Shown: positions 26,701-40,480, numbered from the stretch's first letter. The stretch is 56,304 bases of DNA from Octopus sinensis (GCF_006345805.1 NW_021833793.1:1-56304), one strand, 5' to 3'. The notes: a model not told the origin generated them from the letters alone. Translations and numbers: made by a program.

Positions 26701-29700
26701 TGTGTACGTGTGTTCGTTCCGTCTACATAGCATCAACCACGCTCTGTGTATGTGTGTTCGTTGTCTGCATAGCATAAACATCAATCTGTCTGTGTACGTG
26801 TGTTCGTTCCGTAGACATAGCATCAACCACGCTCTGTGTATGTGTGTTCGTTCCGTAGACATAGCATCAACCAAGCTCTGTGTACGTGTGTTCGTTCCGT
26901 CTACATAGCATAAACATCAATCTGTCTGTGTACGTGTGTTCGTTCCGTAGACATAGCATCAACCACGCTCTGTGTATGTGTGTTCGTTCTGTCTGAATAG
27001 CATAAACATCAATCTGTCTGTGTACGTGTGTTCGTTCCGTAGACATAGCATCAACCACGCTCTGTGTATGTGTGTTCCTTCTGTCTGCATAGCATAAACA
27101 TCAATCTGTCAGTGTACGTGTGTTCGTTCCGTAGTCATAGCATCAACCACGCTATGTGTATGTGTGTTCGTTCCGTCTGCATAGCATAAACATCAATCTG
27201 TCTGTGTACGTGTGTTCGTTCCGTAGACATAGCATCAACCACGCTCTGTGTATGTGTGTTCGTTCTGTCTGCATAGCATAAACATCAATCTGTCTGTGTA
27301 CGTGTGTTCGTTCCGTAGACATAGCATCAACCTTGCTCTGTGTATGTGTGTTCGGTCTGCATAGCAGCATAAACATCAATCTGTCTGTGTACGTGTGTTC
27401 GTTCCGTAGACATAGCATCAACCACGCTCTGTGTATGTGTGTTCGTTCTGTCTGCATAGCATAAACATCAATCTGTCTGTGTACGTGTGTTCGTTCCGTA
27501 CATAGCATCAACCACGCTCTGTGTATGTGTGTTCGTTGTCTGCATAGCATAAACATCAATCTGTCTGTGTACGTGTGTTCGTTCCGTCTACATAGCATCA
27601 ACCACGCTCTGTGTATGTGTGTTCGTTCTGTCTGCATAGCATAAACATCAATCTGTCTGTGTACGTGTGTTCGTTCCGTAGACATAGCATCAACCACGCT
27701 CTGTGTATGTGTGTTCGTTCCGTCTGCATAGCATAAACATCAATCTGTCTGTGTACGTGTGTTCGTTCCGTAGACATAGCATCAACCACGCTCTGTGTAT
27801 GTGTGTTCGTTCCGTCTGCATAGCATAACATCAATCTGTCTGTGTACGTGTGTTCGTTCCGTAGACATAGCATCAACCACGCTCTGTGTATGTGTGTTCG
27901 TTCTGTCTGCATAGCATAAACATCAATCTGTCTGTGTACGTGTGTTCGTTCCGTAGACATAGCATCAACCACGCTCTGTGTATGTGTGTTCGTTCCGTCT
28001 GCATAGCATAAACATCAATCTGTCTGTGTACGTGTGTTCGTTCCGTAGACATAGCATCAACCACGCTCTGTGTATGTGTGTTCGTTCTGTCTGCATAGCA
28101 TAAACATCAATCTGTCTGTGTACGTGTGTTCGTTCCGTAGACATAGCATCAACCACGCTCTGTGTATGTGTGTTCGTTCCGTCTGCATAGCATAAACATC
28201 AATCTGTCTGTGTACGTGTGTTCGTTCCGTAGACATAGCATCAACCACGCTCTGTGTGTGAGTGTTCGTTCTGTCTGCATAGCATAAACATCAATCTGTC
28301 TGTGTACGTGTGTTCGTTCCGTCTACATAGCATCAACCACGCTCTGTGTATGTGTGTTCGTTCTGTCTGCATAGCATAAACATCAATCTGTCTGTGTACG
28401 TGTGTTCGTTCCGTAGACATAGCATCAACCACGCTCTGTGTATGTGTGTTCGTTCCGTCTGCATAGCATAAACATCAATCTGTCTGTGTACGTGTGTTCG
28501 TTCCGTAGACATAGCATCAACCACGCTCTGTGTATGTGTGTTCGTTCCGTCTGCATAGCATAAACATCAATCTGTCTGTGTACGTGTGTTCGTTCCGTAG
28601 ACATAGCATCAACCACGCTCTGTGTATGTGTGTTCGTTCTGTCTGCATAGCATAAACATCAATCTGTCTGTGTACGTGTGTTCGTTCCGTAGACATAGCA
28701 TCAACCACGCTCTGTGTATGTGTGTTCGTTCTGTCTGCATAGCATAAACATCAATCTGTCTGTGTACGTGTGTTCGTCCGTAGACATAGCATCAACCACG
28801 CTCTGTGTATGTGTGTTCGTTCTGTCTGCATAGCATAAACATCAATCTGTCTGTGTACGTGTGTTCGTTCCGTAGACATAGCATCAACCACGCTCTGTGT
28901 ATGTGTGTTCGTTCTGTCTGCATAGCATAAACATCAATCTGTCTGTGTACGTGTGTTCGTTCCGTAGACATAGCATCAACCACGCTCTGTGTATGTGTGT
29001 TCGTTCTGTCTGCATAGCATAAACATCAATCTGTCTGTGTACGTGTGTTCGTTCCGTAGACATAGCATCAACCACGCTCTGTGTATGTGTGTTCGTTCTG
29101 TCTGCATAGCATAAACATCAATCTGTCTGTGGACGTGTGTTCGTTCCGTAGACATAGCATCAACCACGCTCTGTGTATGTGTGTTCGTTCTGTCTGCATA
29201 GCATAAACATCAATCTGTCTGTGGACGTGTGTTCGTTCCGTAGACATAGCATCAACCACGCTCTGTGTATGTGTGTTCGTTCTGTCTGCATAGCATAAAC
29301 ATCAATCTGTCTGTGTACGTGTGTTCGTTCCGTAGACATAGCATCAACCTCGTTGTGTATGTGTGTTCGTTCTGTCTGCATAGCATAAACATCATCTGTC
29401 TGTGTACGTGTGTTCGTTCGTAGACATAGCAGCAACCACGCTCTGTGTAGTGTGTTCGTTCTGTCTGCATAGCATAAACATCAATCTGTCTGTGTACGTG
29501 TGTTCGTTCCGTAGACATAGCATCAAAACCGCTCTGTGTATGTGTGTTCTTCTGTCTGCATAGCATAAACATCAATCTGTCTGTGTACGTGTGTTCGTTC
29601 CGTAGACATAGCATCAACCACGCTCTGTGTATGTGTGTTCGTTCTGTCTGCATAGCATAAACATCAATCTGCCTGTGTACGTGTGTTCGTTCCGTCTACA

Positions 29701-32700
29701 TAGCATCAACCACGCTCTGTGTATATGTGTTCGTTCTGTCTGAATAGCATAAACATCAATCTGTCTGTGTACGTGTGTTCGTTCCGTAGACATAGCATCA
29801 ACCACGCTCTGTGTATGTGTGTTCGTTCTGTCTGCATAGCATAAACATCAATCTGTCTGTGTACGTGTGTTCGTTCCGTAGACATAGCATCAACCACACT
29901 CTGTGTATGGTGTTCGTTCTGTCTGCATAGCATAAACATCAATCTGTCTGTGTACGTGTGTTCGTTCCTAGACATAGCATCAACCACGCTCTGTGTATGT
30001 GTGTTCGTTCCGTAGACATAGCATCAACCAGCTCTGTGTACGTGTGTTCGTTCCGTCTACATAGCATAAACATCAACTTGTCTGTGTACGTGTGTTCGTT
30101 CCGTAGACATAGCATCAACCACGCTCTGTGTACGTGTGTTCGTTCTGTCTGCATAGCATAAACATCAATCTGTCTGTGTACGTGTGTTCGTTCCGTAGAC
30201 ATAGCATCAACCACGCTCTGTGTACGTGTGTTCGTTTGTCTGCATAGCATAAACATCAACTGCCTGTGTACGTGTGTTCGTTCCGTAGACATAGCATCAA
30301 CCACGCTCTGTGTATGTGTGTTCGTTCTGTCTGAATAGCATAAACATCAATCTGTCTGTGTACGTGTGTTCGTTCCGTAGACATAGCATCAACCACGCTC
30401 TGTGTATGTGTGTTCGTTCTGTCTGCATAGCATAAACATCAATCTGTCTGTGTACGTGTGTTCGTTCCGTAGACATAGCATCACACCACCTCTGTGTATG
30501 TGTGTTCGTTCTGTCTGCATAGCATAAACATCAATCTGTCTGTGTACGTGTGTTCGTTCCGTAGACATAGCATCAACCACGCTCTGTGTATGGTGTTCGT
30601 TCGTAGACATAGCATCAACCAAGCTCTGTGTACGTGTGTTCGTTCCGTCTACATAGCATAAACATCAATCTGTTGTGTACGTGTGTTCGTTCCGCTAGAC
30701 ATAGCATCAACCAGCTCTGTGTTTGTAGTGTGTTCGTTCTGTTCTGTGCATAGCATAAACATCAATCTGTCTGTGGACGTGTGTTCGTTCCGTAGACATA
30801 GCATCAACCACGCTCTGTGTATGTGTGTTCGTTCTGTCTGCATAGCATAAACATCAATCTGTCTGTGGACGTGTGTTCGTTCCGTAGACATAGCATCAAC
30901 CACGCTCTGTGTATGTGTGTTCGTTCTGTCTGCATAGCATAAACATCAATCTGTCTGTACGTGTGTTCGTTCCGTAGACATAGCATCAACCTCGCTCTGT
31001 GTACGTGTGTTCGTTCTGTCTGCATAGCATAAACATCAATCTGTCTGTGTACGTGTGTTCGTTCCGTAGACATAGCATCAACCTCGCTCTGTGTACGTGT
31101 GTTCGTTCTGTCTGCATAGCATAAACATCAATCTGTCTGTGTACGTGTGTTCGTTCCGTAGACATAGCATCAACCACGCTCTGTGTACGTGTGTTCGTTC
31201 TGTCTGCATAGCATAAACATCAATCTGTCTGTGTACGTGTGTTCGTTCCGTAGACATAGCATCAACCACGCTCTGTGTACGTGTGTTCGTTCTGTCTGCA
31301 TAGCATAAACATCAATCTGTCTGTGTACGTGTGTTCGTTCCGTAGACATAGCATCAACCACGCTCTGTGTATGTGTTTCGTTCGTTCTGCATAGCATAAA
31401 CATCAATCTGTCTGTGTACGTGTGTTCGTTCCGTAGACATAGCATCAACCTCGCTCTGTGTATGTGTGTTCGTTCTGTCTGCATAGCATAAACATCAATC
31501 TGTCTGTGTACGTGTGTTCGTTCCGTAGACATAGCAGCAACCACGCTCTGTGTACGTGTGTTCGTTCTGTCTGCATAGCATAAACATCAATCTGTCTGTG
31601 TACGTGTGTTCGTTCCGTAGACATAGCATCAACCACGCTCTGTGTACGTGTGTTCGTTCTGTCTGCATTGCATAAACATCAATCTGTCTGTGTACGTGTG
31701 TTCGTTCCGTAGACATAGCATCAACCTCGCTCTGTGTATGTGTGTTCGTTCTGTCTGCATAGCATAAACATCAATCTGTCTGTGTACGTGTGTTCGTTCC
31801 GTAGACATAGCATCAACCACGCTCTGTGTATGTGTGTTCGTTCTGTCTGAATAGCATAACATCAATCTGTCTGTGTACGTGTGTTCGTTCCGTAGACATA
31901 GCATCAACCATCGCTCTGTGTATGTGTGTTCGTTCTGTCTGCATAGCATAAAAACATCAATCTGTCTGTGTACGTGTGTTCGTTCCGTAGACATAGCATC
32001 AACCACGCTCTGTGTATGTGTGTTCGTTCTGTCTGAATAGCATAAACATCATCTGTCTGTGTACGTGTGTTCGTTCCGTAGACATAGCATCAACCTCGCT
32101 CTGTGATGTGTGTTCGTTCTGTCTGCATAGCATAAACATCAATCTGTCTGTGTACGTGTGTTCGTTCCGTAGACATAGCATCAACCACGCTCTGGTGTAT
32201 GTGTGTTCGTTCTGTCTGCATAGCATAACATCAATCTGTCTGTGTCGTGTGTTCGTTCCGTAGACATAGCATCAACCACGCTCTGTGTATGTGTGTTCGT
32301 TCTGTTGCATAGCATAAACATCAATCTGTCTGTGTACGTGTGTTCGTTCCGTAGACATAGCATCAACCACGCTCTGTGTATGTGTGTTCGTTCTGTCTGC
32401 ATAGCATAAACATCAATCTGTCTGTGTACGTGTGTTCGTTCCGTAGACATAGCATCAACACGCTCTGTGTATGTGTGTTCGTTCTGTCTGCATAGCATAA
32501 AATCAATCTGTCTGTGTTGTGTGTTCGTTCCGTAGACATAGCATCAACCACGCTCTGTGTATGTGTGTCGTTCTGTCTGCATAGCATAAACATCAATCTG
32601 TCTGTGTACGTGTTCGTTCCGTAGACATAGCATCAACCACGCTTGTGTATGTGTGTTCGTCTGTTGCATAGCATAAACATCAATCTGTCTGTGTACGTGT

Positions 32701-33733
32701 GTTCGTTCGTAGACATAGCATCAAAACGCTCTGTGTATGTGTGTTCGTTCTGTCTGCATAGCATAAACATCAATCTGTCTGTGTACGTGTGTTCGTTCCG
32801 TAGACATTGCATCAACCACGCTCTGTGTATGTGTGTTCGTTCTGTTGAATAGCATAAACATCAATCTGTCTGTGTACGTGTGTTCGTTCCGTAGACAGTG
32901 CATCAACCACGCTCTGTGTATGTGTGTTCGTTCTGTCTGAATAGCATAAACATCAATCTGTCTGTGTACGTGTGTTCGTTCCGTAGAAATAGCATCAACC
33001 ACGCTCTGTGTATGTGTGTTCGTTCTGTCTGCATAGCATAAACATCAATCTGTCTGTGTACGTGTGTTCGTTCCGTAGACATAGCATCAACAACGCTCTG
33101 TGTATGTGTGTTCGTTCTGTCTGAATAGCATAAACATCAATCTGTCTGTGTACGTGTGTTCGTTCCGTAGACATAGCATCAACCTCGCTCTGTGTATGTG
33201 TGTTCGTTCTGTCTGAATAGCATAATCATCAATCTGTCTGTGTACGTGTGTTCGTTCCGTAGACATAGCATCAACCTCGCTCTGTGTATGTGTGTTCGTT
33301 CCGTCTGCATAGCATAAACATCAATCTGTCTGTGTACGTGTGTTCGTTCCGTAGACATAGCATCAACAACGCTCTGTGTATGTGTGTTCGTTCCGTCTGC
33401 ATAGCATAAACATCAATCTGTCTGTGTACGTGTGTTCGTTCCGTAGACATAGCATCAACCACGCTCTGTGTATGTGTGTTCGTTCTGTCTGAATAGCATA
33501 AACATCAATCTGTCTGTGTACGTGTGTTCGTTCCGTAGACATAGCATCAACCACGCTCTGTGTATGTATGTTCGTTCTGTCTGCATAGCATAAACATCAA
33601 TCTGTCTGTGTACGTGTGTTCGTTCCGTAGACATTGCATCAACCACGCTCTGTGTATGTGTGTTCGTTCTATCTGCATAGCATAAACATCAATTTGTCTG
33701 TGTACGTGTGTTCGTTCCGTCGACATAGCATCA
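14767..33733 (+). repeat. Satellite DNA, ~19 kb, ~200 copies of a 92-bp dimer (44-bp A + 48-bp B subunits)
   Basis: A=CATCAACCACGCTCTGTGTATGTGTGTTCGTTC(T/C)GTCTGCATAG; B=CATAAACATCAATCTGTCTGTGTACGTGTGTTCGTTCCGTAGACATAG; ORF track recurs every 92 bp. Confidence 0.99.
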
Positions 33734-35044
33734 CTGGGTGCTGACACGGCTGCTCAACCACTCAAATGTGGAAGTCATATATCTCGACTTTGCAACGTCC
33801 TTTGATAAAGTCGATCATGGAATGATATTTCAGAAACTGCGTGATCTCAACATAGTTGGAAAACTGGGAGAATGGCTTCATGACTTACTGAAAGATAGAA
33901 GTCAGGTGGTAGTAGTCAATGGGGCCACTTCCATTAACACGCAAATAGTGAGCGGTGTTCCGCAGGGCACTGTTTTGGGACCACTACTGTTCATAATGGC
34001 CCTCTCAGACATGCCTCAGCTACGCAGAGAGCCACGATCACAAGTTATGGAGATGATACAAATGTTTCACAGGCAATACAGAACCCTGAGGACACTAAAC
34101 GCCTGCAATATGAGCTGGACAAAATATACAAGTGGGCTGAAAAAATAGCATGCAGTTCAATGCTGAAAAGTTTCAAGCTTTATACTATCAGCATGCAAAA
34201 CTAAATGCAATGCCCAATGAATACACTGGACCCGGAGGCATAGCAATCCCAGAGGCACAATCAGTGCGTGACCTGGGTATTTACATGAGTGATGACGCAA
34301 CCTTTCGTGTAAATGTTGCTAATTTGGCAATGAAATGCAGACGACTGGCTGGATGGATTCTCAGAACCTTCAGAAAAAGAGAGCAAGAAACCATGATGGT
34401 CCTCTGGAAGCCACTTGTCCTAAGCCACTTTGACTATTGCTCTCAGTTATGGTCACCATCCAGCGTCAAGTTGATCACAGAACTCGAGGCGATCCAATGT
34501 AGCTACACGAAGAAGACAGCCTCTATGCAGAATGTAAGCTACTGGGAAAGACTCAAGAGATTAAAACTATATTCCTTGGAGCGTAGGCGGAAAGATATGC
34601 CATAATATACATCTGGAAGATCCTGGAAGTACGTGTCCTGAACTTTGGCATCGAGAGTTACACAAATGCCAGAACTGGGCGCCACTGCGTGGTGCCTAGG
34701 ACTCCAATTTGCCACCAAGATGTAGGACAAGATACTGTGATAGCCTGGGCTTCCGAGGCCCACAGCTCTTCAATATCCTCTCGAAGAACCTAAGAGACCT
34801 GCATGGGTGGGCAGATGTCTTTAAAATGAAACTGGATCTCCTCCTGTCAGGTGTCCCAGATGAACCAACTTCACGGCAGCAGGTGCAGATGAGGGCAGCT
34901 GCATCGACCTCTCTCATGCACCAAATGGCAATTGCTAAAAAGCTTTCGTGAAGTAAAACCATGTAGCAACACCAAATGGCGGTGCACCAGCATGGCCACA
35001 GCTCATGAGCTGAAACTAAAATCAATCAAGCAATCAATCAATCA
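33734..35044 (+). mobile_element. 5'-truncated CR1/Jockey-group LINE: degenerate RT, C-terminus, 3' UTR and (AATC)n tail
   Basis: VIYLDFATSFDKVDH, SGVPQGTVLGPLLF, MQFNAEKF, VRDLGI, HFDYCSQLWSP, SYWERLKRLKLYSLERRR; frameshifts and stops present. Confidence 0.93.
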
Positions 35045-35885
35045 TATAATTTGCATACTTACATATACATATATATATATATTTTGCATACATACATATA
35101 CATATATATATATAATTTGCATACATACATATACATATATATAATTTGCATACATTTATATACATATATATATAATTTGCATACATTTATATACATATAT
35201 ATATATATATAATTTGCATACATTTATATACATATATATACATATATAATTTGCATATATTTATATACATATATATATATAACTTGCATACATTTATATA
35301 CATATATATTTATAACTTGCATACATTTATATACATATATATATATATATAACTTTCAAACATTTATATACATATATATATATAACATGTCTACATTTAT
35401 ATACATATATATATATAACTTGTATACATTTATATACATATATATAATTAGTATACATATATATATATAATTTGTATATATGTATATACATAATATAATT
35501 ATTATAACATATTTATATATATATATAATTTGTATATATTATATATATCTAATTTGCAGGGGTTAGTGGCGACCTCTGTTGTACTCTTTCGCCCCTCTTT
35601 CTCTCACTCTCTCTTCCTGTTTCTTAAGTAATATGTAAGTAATATATGTATATATTTATATACATATATATATCATTTGTATATATTTATATACATATAT
35701 ATATCATTTGTATATATTTATATACATATATATATCATTTGTATGTATTTATATACATATATATATCATTTGTATGTATTTATATACATATATATATCAT
35801 TTGTATATATTTATATACATATATCCTTTGTATGTATTTATATACATATATATATATATCATTTGTATATATTTATATACATATA

Positions 35886-36375
35886 AAGACTGGGAAAGAC
35901 TGAAGGTATTAAACCTTTTTTCCCTTGAGCGGAGGCGGGAGAGATATGCGGTGATATACATCTGGAAAATCCTGGACGGTCTTGTCCCAAACTTTGGCAT
36001 TCAAAGTTCTCCCACCGCAGGACGGGGCGCCACTTCATGGTGCCAAGGATTCCAACATCACCATCAAAATACAGGTCCAGATACTGCAACAGCTTTGGTT
36101 TCAGAGGACCACAGCTCTTTAACATCCTCCATAAATGCCTGAGAGACTTACATGGTGTGGATGTGGGTTTCTTTAAAACTAAACTGGATCTCTTCTTGTT
36201 GGGACTCCCAGATGAACCTACCTCACGACAGGAGACGCGGATGCGGGCAGCAGCATCGAACTCCCTTGTTGATCAAGTGCCACGTATCAGAGGTGGATTC
36301 ACAAATTAGTGTAGCTCATTCAGCGGTGGTGCCCCAGCATGGCCGCGGCCTTCGGTCTAAAACATTTTTAAGGAT
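35886..36375 (+). mobile_element. Second CR1-like LINE 3' fragment, a related subfamily
   Basis: [37 protein letters not shown] and RYCNSFGFRGPQLFN..PDEPTSRQ align with 34540-34900; similar 3' tail. Confidence 0.9.
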
Positions 36376-36917
36376 ATATATATCATTTGTATATATTTAT
36401 ATACATATATATATCCTTTGTATATATTTATATACATATATATATCCTTTGTATATATTTATATACATATATATATCCTTTGTATATATTATATACATAT
36501 ATATCCTTTGTATATATTTATATACATATATCATTCGTATATATCTATATACATATATATAATTCGCATATATCTATATACATATATATAATTCGTATAT
36601 ATCTATATACATATATATAATTCGTATATATTTATATACATATATATAATTCGTATATATTTATATACATATATATAATTCGTATATATCTATATACATA
36701 TATATATAATTCGTATATATTTATATACATATATATACTTTGTATATATATATATTGGTCAAATTGCAAGAGAAGGGCCTATAACTCCAGTCTGTTATAA
36801 ATTTTGAGTATTGTTATCACTAGCGATATCAAGATATAACATTGTATTTTGTATTTTATGTGAAAATGTATATATATATGTATATATGTACGTGTAATAT
36901 GTACAATATATACATGC

Positions 36918-37092
36918 ACTAGCACTATGACCCGGCATCGACAGGGTCATAATGCTAGTATATCGATATATATGAAACTAAGAATGTGTATCTGTCTGTC
37001 TGTTTGAATCCCTAAATCTTGAGAACTACACAACCAATTTCATTCAAATTTTACACACGCCTTGCTTAGGGTCCATGGAGTGTCAGGGGCAA
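36918..37092 (+). mobile_element. Helitron-like 3' terminus (hairpin + CTAG) followed by a Helitron-like 5' head; related head at ~38655-38773
   Basis: ACTAGCACTATGACCC...GGGTCATAATGCTAGT palindrome, then TATATATGAAA..GTCTGTCTG..AACCAATTTCATTCAAATTTT. Confidence 0.55.
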
Positions 37093-38773
37093 GGCTCTGG
37101 GCGCCATTGGGCTCAATGTCCGCGGCTACGATATTTGTATACATATATATAATTTGTATATATATATATACATATGTATAATTTGTATATATTTGTATAC
37201 ATATATGTATAATTTGTATATATTTATGTATATATATAATTTGTGTATATTTATATACATATATATAATTTGTATATATTTATATACATATATATAATTT
37301 GTATATATTTGTATACATAAATATAATTTGTATATATTTGTATACAAATATAATTTGTATATATTTATATACATAAATATAATTTGTATATATTTATATA
37401 CATAAATATAATTTGTATATATTTATATACATAAATATAATTTGTATATATTATATATACATAAATATAATTTGTATATATTTATATACATATATATAAT
37501 TTGTATATATTTATATACATATATATAATTTGTATATATATATATACATATATATAATTTGTATATATATATATACATAAATATAATTTGTATATATATA
37601 TATATATATTATATACATATATATAATTTGTATATCTTATATACATATATATAATGTTTATATTTATATACATATATATAATTAGTATATATTTATATAC
37701 ATATATATAATTTGTATACATTTATATACATATATATTATTTGTATACGTTATATACATATATATAATTATATACGTTCATAAACATATATACAATTTGT
37801 ATACGTTTATATATATATATAATTTGTATACGTTTAGATACATATATATATAATTTGTATACGTTTATATACATATATATAATGTGTATACATTTATTAC
37901 ATATATATGATTTGTATATATTTATATACATATATTTAATTTGTATATATTATATATACATAATTTAATTTGTATATATTTATATACATATATATGATTT
38001 GTATATATTTATATACATATATATGATTTGTATATATTTATATACATATATATAATTTGCATACATATAATATAATTTCTATATTTACATACAGGTATAT
38101 AATTTGTATATATTTAAATACATGTATCTAATTTGTATATATTTACATACATGTATATAATTTGGATGTATTTACATACATGTATATAATTTGTATGTAT
38201 TTACATACATGTATATAATTTGTATGTATTTACATACATGTATATAATTTGTATGTATTTACATACATATATATAGTTTGTATATATTTGTATACATCTA
38301 TATAATTTGTATACATATATATAATTTTTATATATTTATATCTATATATCTATATATATCTCTCTATATAGAACTGAAATGCGTTTTTACCGCTTGGATC
38401 GCTTTCAATGCCAGTACATCCCGTCCGATTCGCTCCAAAGGTTACAGGGACATGTAGAATGAGGTGACGATGCTCGTCGGCTACCTTAGAAATCCATCTT
38501 AAAAGGTGTGGTTGCTAGGGGCCATCTTCATCACTCACGCTATAATGTATGCGAGTGTGTGTGTGTGTGTGTTGTGTGTGTGTGCGTGTGTTTCTATATA
38601 TAAATATGTATATATAAATGTGTGTATATATAAAAAAATCACCCACTCTCATTCTTTTATGTATCTGAGAATGTGTCTCTGTCTGTCTGTGTATTTCCCT
38701 ATAACTTGAGAACTACTCAACCAATTTCATTCAAATTTTACACATGCCTTCCTTAGGGTATAAGGAGTCTATT

Positions 38774-39248
38774 GAGCTGCGCTCTGGGCGCCATTGGGCT
38801 CAATGTCCGCGGCTACGAGACAACAGTGAGCGCTATGGCGACCGGAGCTGCGCTCTGGGCGCCATTGGGCTCAATGTCCGCGGCTACGAGACAACAGTGA
38901 GCGCTATGGCGACCGGAGCTGCGCTCTGGGCGCCATTGGGCTCAATGTCCGCGGCTACGAGACAACAGTGAGCGCTATGGCGACCGGAGCTGCGCTCTGG
39001 GCGCCATTGGGCTCAATGTCCGCGGCTACGAGACAACAGTGAGCGCTATGGCGACCGGAGCTGCGCTCTGGGCGCCATTGGGCTCAATGTCCGCGGCTAC
39101 GAGACAACAGTGAGCGCTATGGCGACCGGAGCTGCGCTCTGGGCGCCATTGGGCTCAATATCCGCGGCTACGAGACAACAGTGAGCGCTATGGCGACCGG
39201 AGCTGCGCTCTGGGCGCCATTGGGCTCAATGTCCGCGGCTACGAGACA
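38774..39248. repeat. GC-rich 71-bp tandem repeat, 6.7 near-identical copies; solitary partial copy at ~37094-37131
   Basis: Unit GAGCTGCGCTCTGGGCGCCATTGGGCTCAATGTCCGCGGCTACGAGACAACAGTGAGCGCTATGGCGACCG; one substitution seen at 39160. Confidence 0.98.
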
Positions 39249-40461
39249 CCACTGTTATCAGTTGGATCTCATCATTACACGAAGATCCTTTCTGAATTCT
39301 GTTCAACTGACCCGTAGCGCGGATTGTGACACAGATCATTCACTAATAAGAAGGGTGAGGATTCTGCCTAAAAGTCCATCACTCCAAGAAAATTAGCCAA
39401 CCACACATTAACACTGCCAGAACCTCGAACCCTACACTGCGACAATGTTTGCTGTTTTTATCAAGGTTGCCCTCAGTAGCTGCCCAACCTCCTCTGCTGA
39501 AAGTAGGTGGAATTATATCAGGGAAGCTTTGTATACCACATCAATAGATACTTTCGGAATGAGAGAAAGGTAAAACCCAGATTTTGTTCAGTGCTGGGCT
39601 CTCAGAGCTGGAACCAGTTATCGAAGCAAAGCGTACAGCTCTGATGCAATACAAGAGTGATTCTTCTACAAAGTCACACGAAGAACTCAGAAAGGCAAGA
39701 AATAAAACCCAACTGACTGCCAGACGCTATGCAAATGGGTATTGAAAGGAAATCTGTCAGAGTATCCAGTCAGCTGCTGACAGTGGCGACACCCGTGGAT
39801 GTATGCCGGTTTGAAGAAGGCCCTCGGTCCATCCGCAAATACCTCAGCCCCTCTGAAATCAACTAGTGGAGATCTCATCAGGGACCAAAGCAAGCAAATG
39901 GATAGATGGATGGAGTACTGCCAGGATCTCTACTCACGAGAGACCACGGTAGCTGAGGCTGCAATCGAGGGTGTCAAGATCTTGCCAGTCATGTGTGAAC
40001 TTGACAGTCTGCCATCTATAGCAGAGCTCACCAATCTATTGACTCCCTAGCAAGTAACAAGGCTCCGGGAAAAGACGGCATCCCTCAGAGATCATCAAAA
40101 CCGGCAAAAACACCATCCTGCTTCGGCACATTCATGAGCTTCTGTGTCAGTGCTGGTAAGAGGGTACAGTCCCTCAGAATATGCGGGATGCTAACATCAT
40201 TACGCTTTACAAAAATAGAAGTGACCGTGATGATTGTAACAATTACCGTGGAATATCTCTTCTAAGCACAGTTGGAAAGGCCTCTGCTCGCATTATCCTG
40301 TCCATTGCTTCTCGAATTTATCCAGAATCGCGCTGTGGCTTTAGAAGAAGCAGATCAACTATTGACATGATATTCTCCATACGCCAACTTCAGAAGTCCA
40401 GAGAGCAGAACATGCCATTATATATGGCCTTCATTGATCTGACAAAGGGCTTTGACTTGGT
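39249..40461 (+). mobile_element. RTE-clade LINE internal fragment (end of AP endonuclease to start of RT), degenerate
   Basis: QLDLIITRR..SADCDTDHSL; KAPGKDGI; MRDANIITLYKN..DRDDCNNYRGISLLSTVGK; PESRCGFR..RSTIDMIF; MAFIDLTKGFDLV. Confidence 0.93.
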
Positions 40462-40480
40462 AATATATATATATACAGTG

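Larger units (their letters stand above)
35045..38340. repeat. AT-rich minisatellite, ~27-31-bp unit ATATATAATTTGTATATATTTATATACAT with local variants, interrupted by TE fragments
   Basis: Direct inspection. Confidence 0.92.

Noticed and set aside
14767-33733. CRISPR array or CENP-B box in the satellite
   Set aside because: No unique spacers and no cas genes; TTCGTT is present but the rest of the CENP-B box (A..CGGG) is not
14709-33747. Dozens of 63-aa ORFs (MVDAMSTERTHVHRQ...) as a tandem gene family
   Set aside because: They are translations of a 92-bp repeat (not a multiple of 3) cycling through frames; indels are frame-agnostic
38774-39248. HDV-like ribozyme fold or coding repeat in the 71-mer
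   Set aside because: Some stems fit, but the L3 CC / P1.1 pairing and J4/2 consensus are missing; 71 is not a multiple of 3 and stops occur
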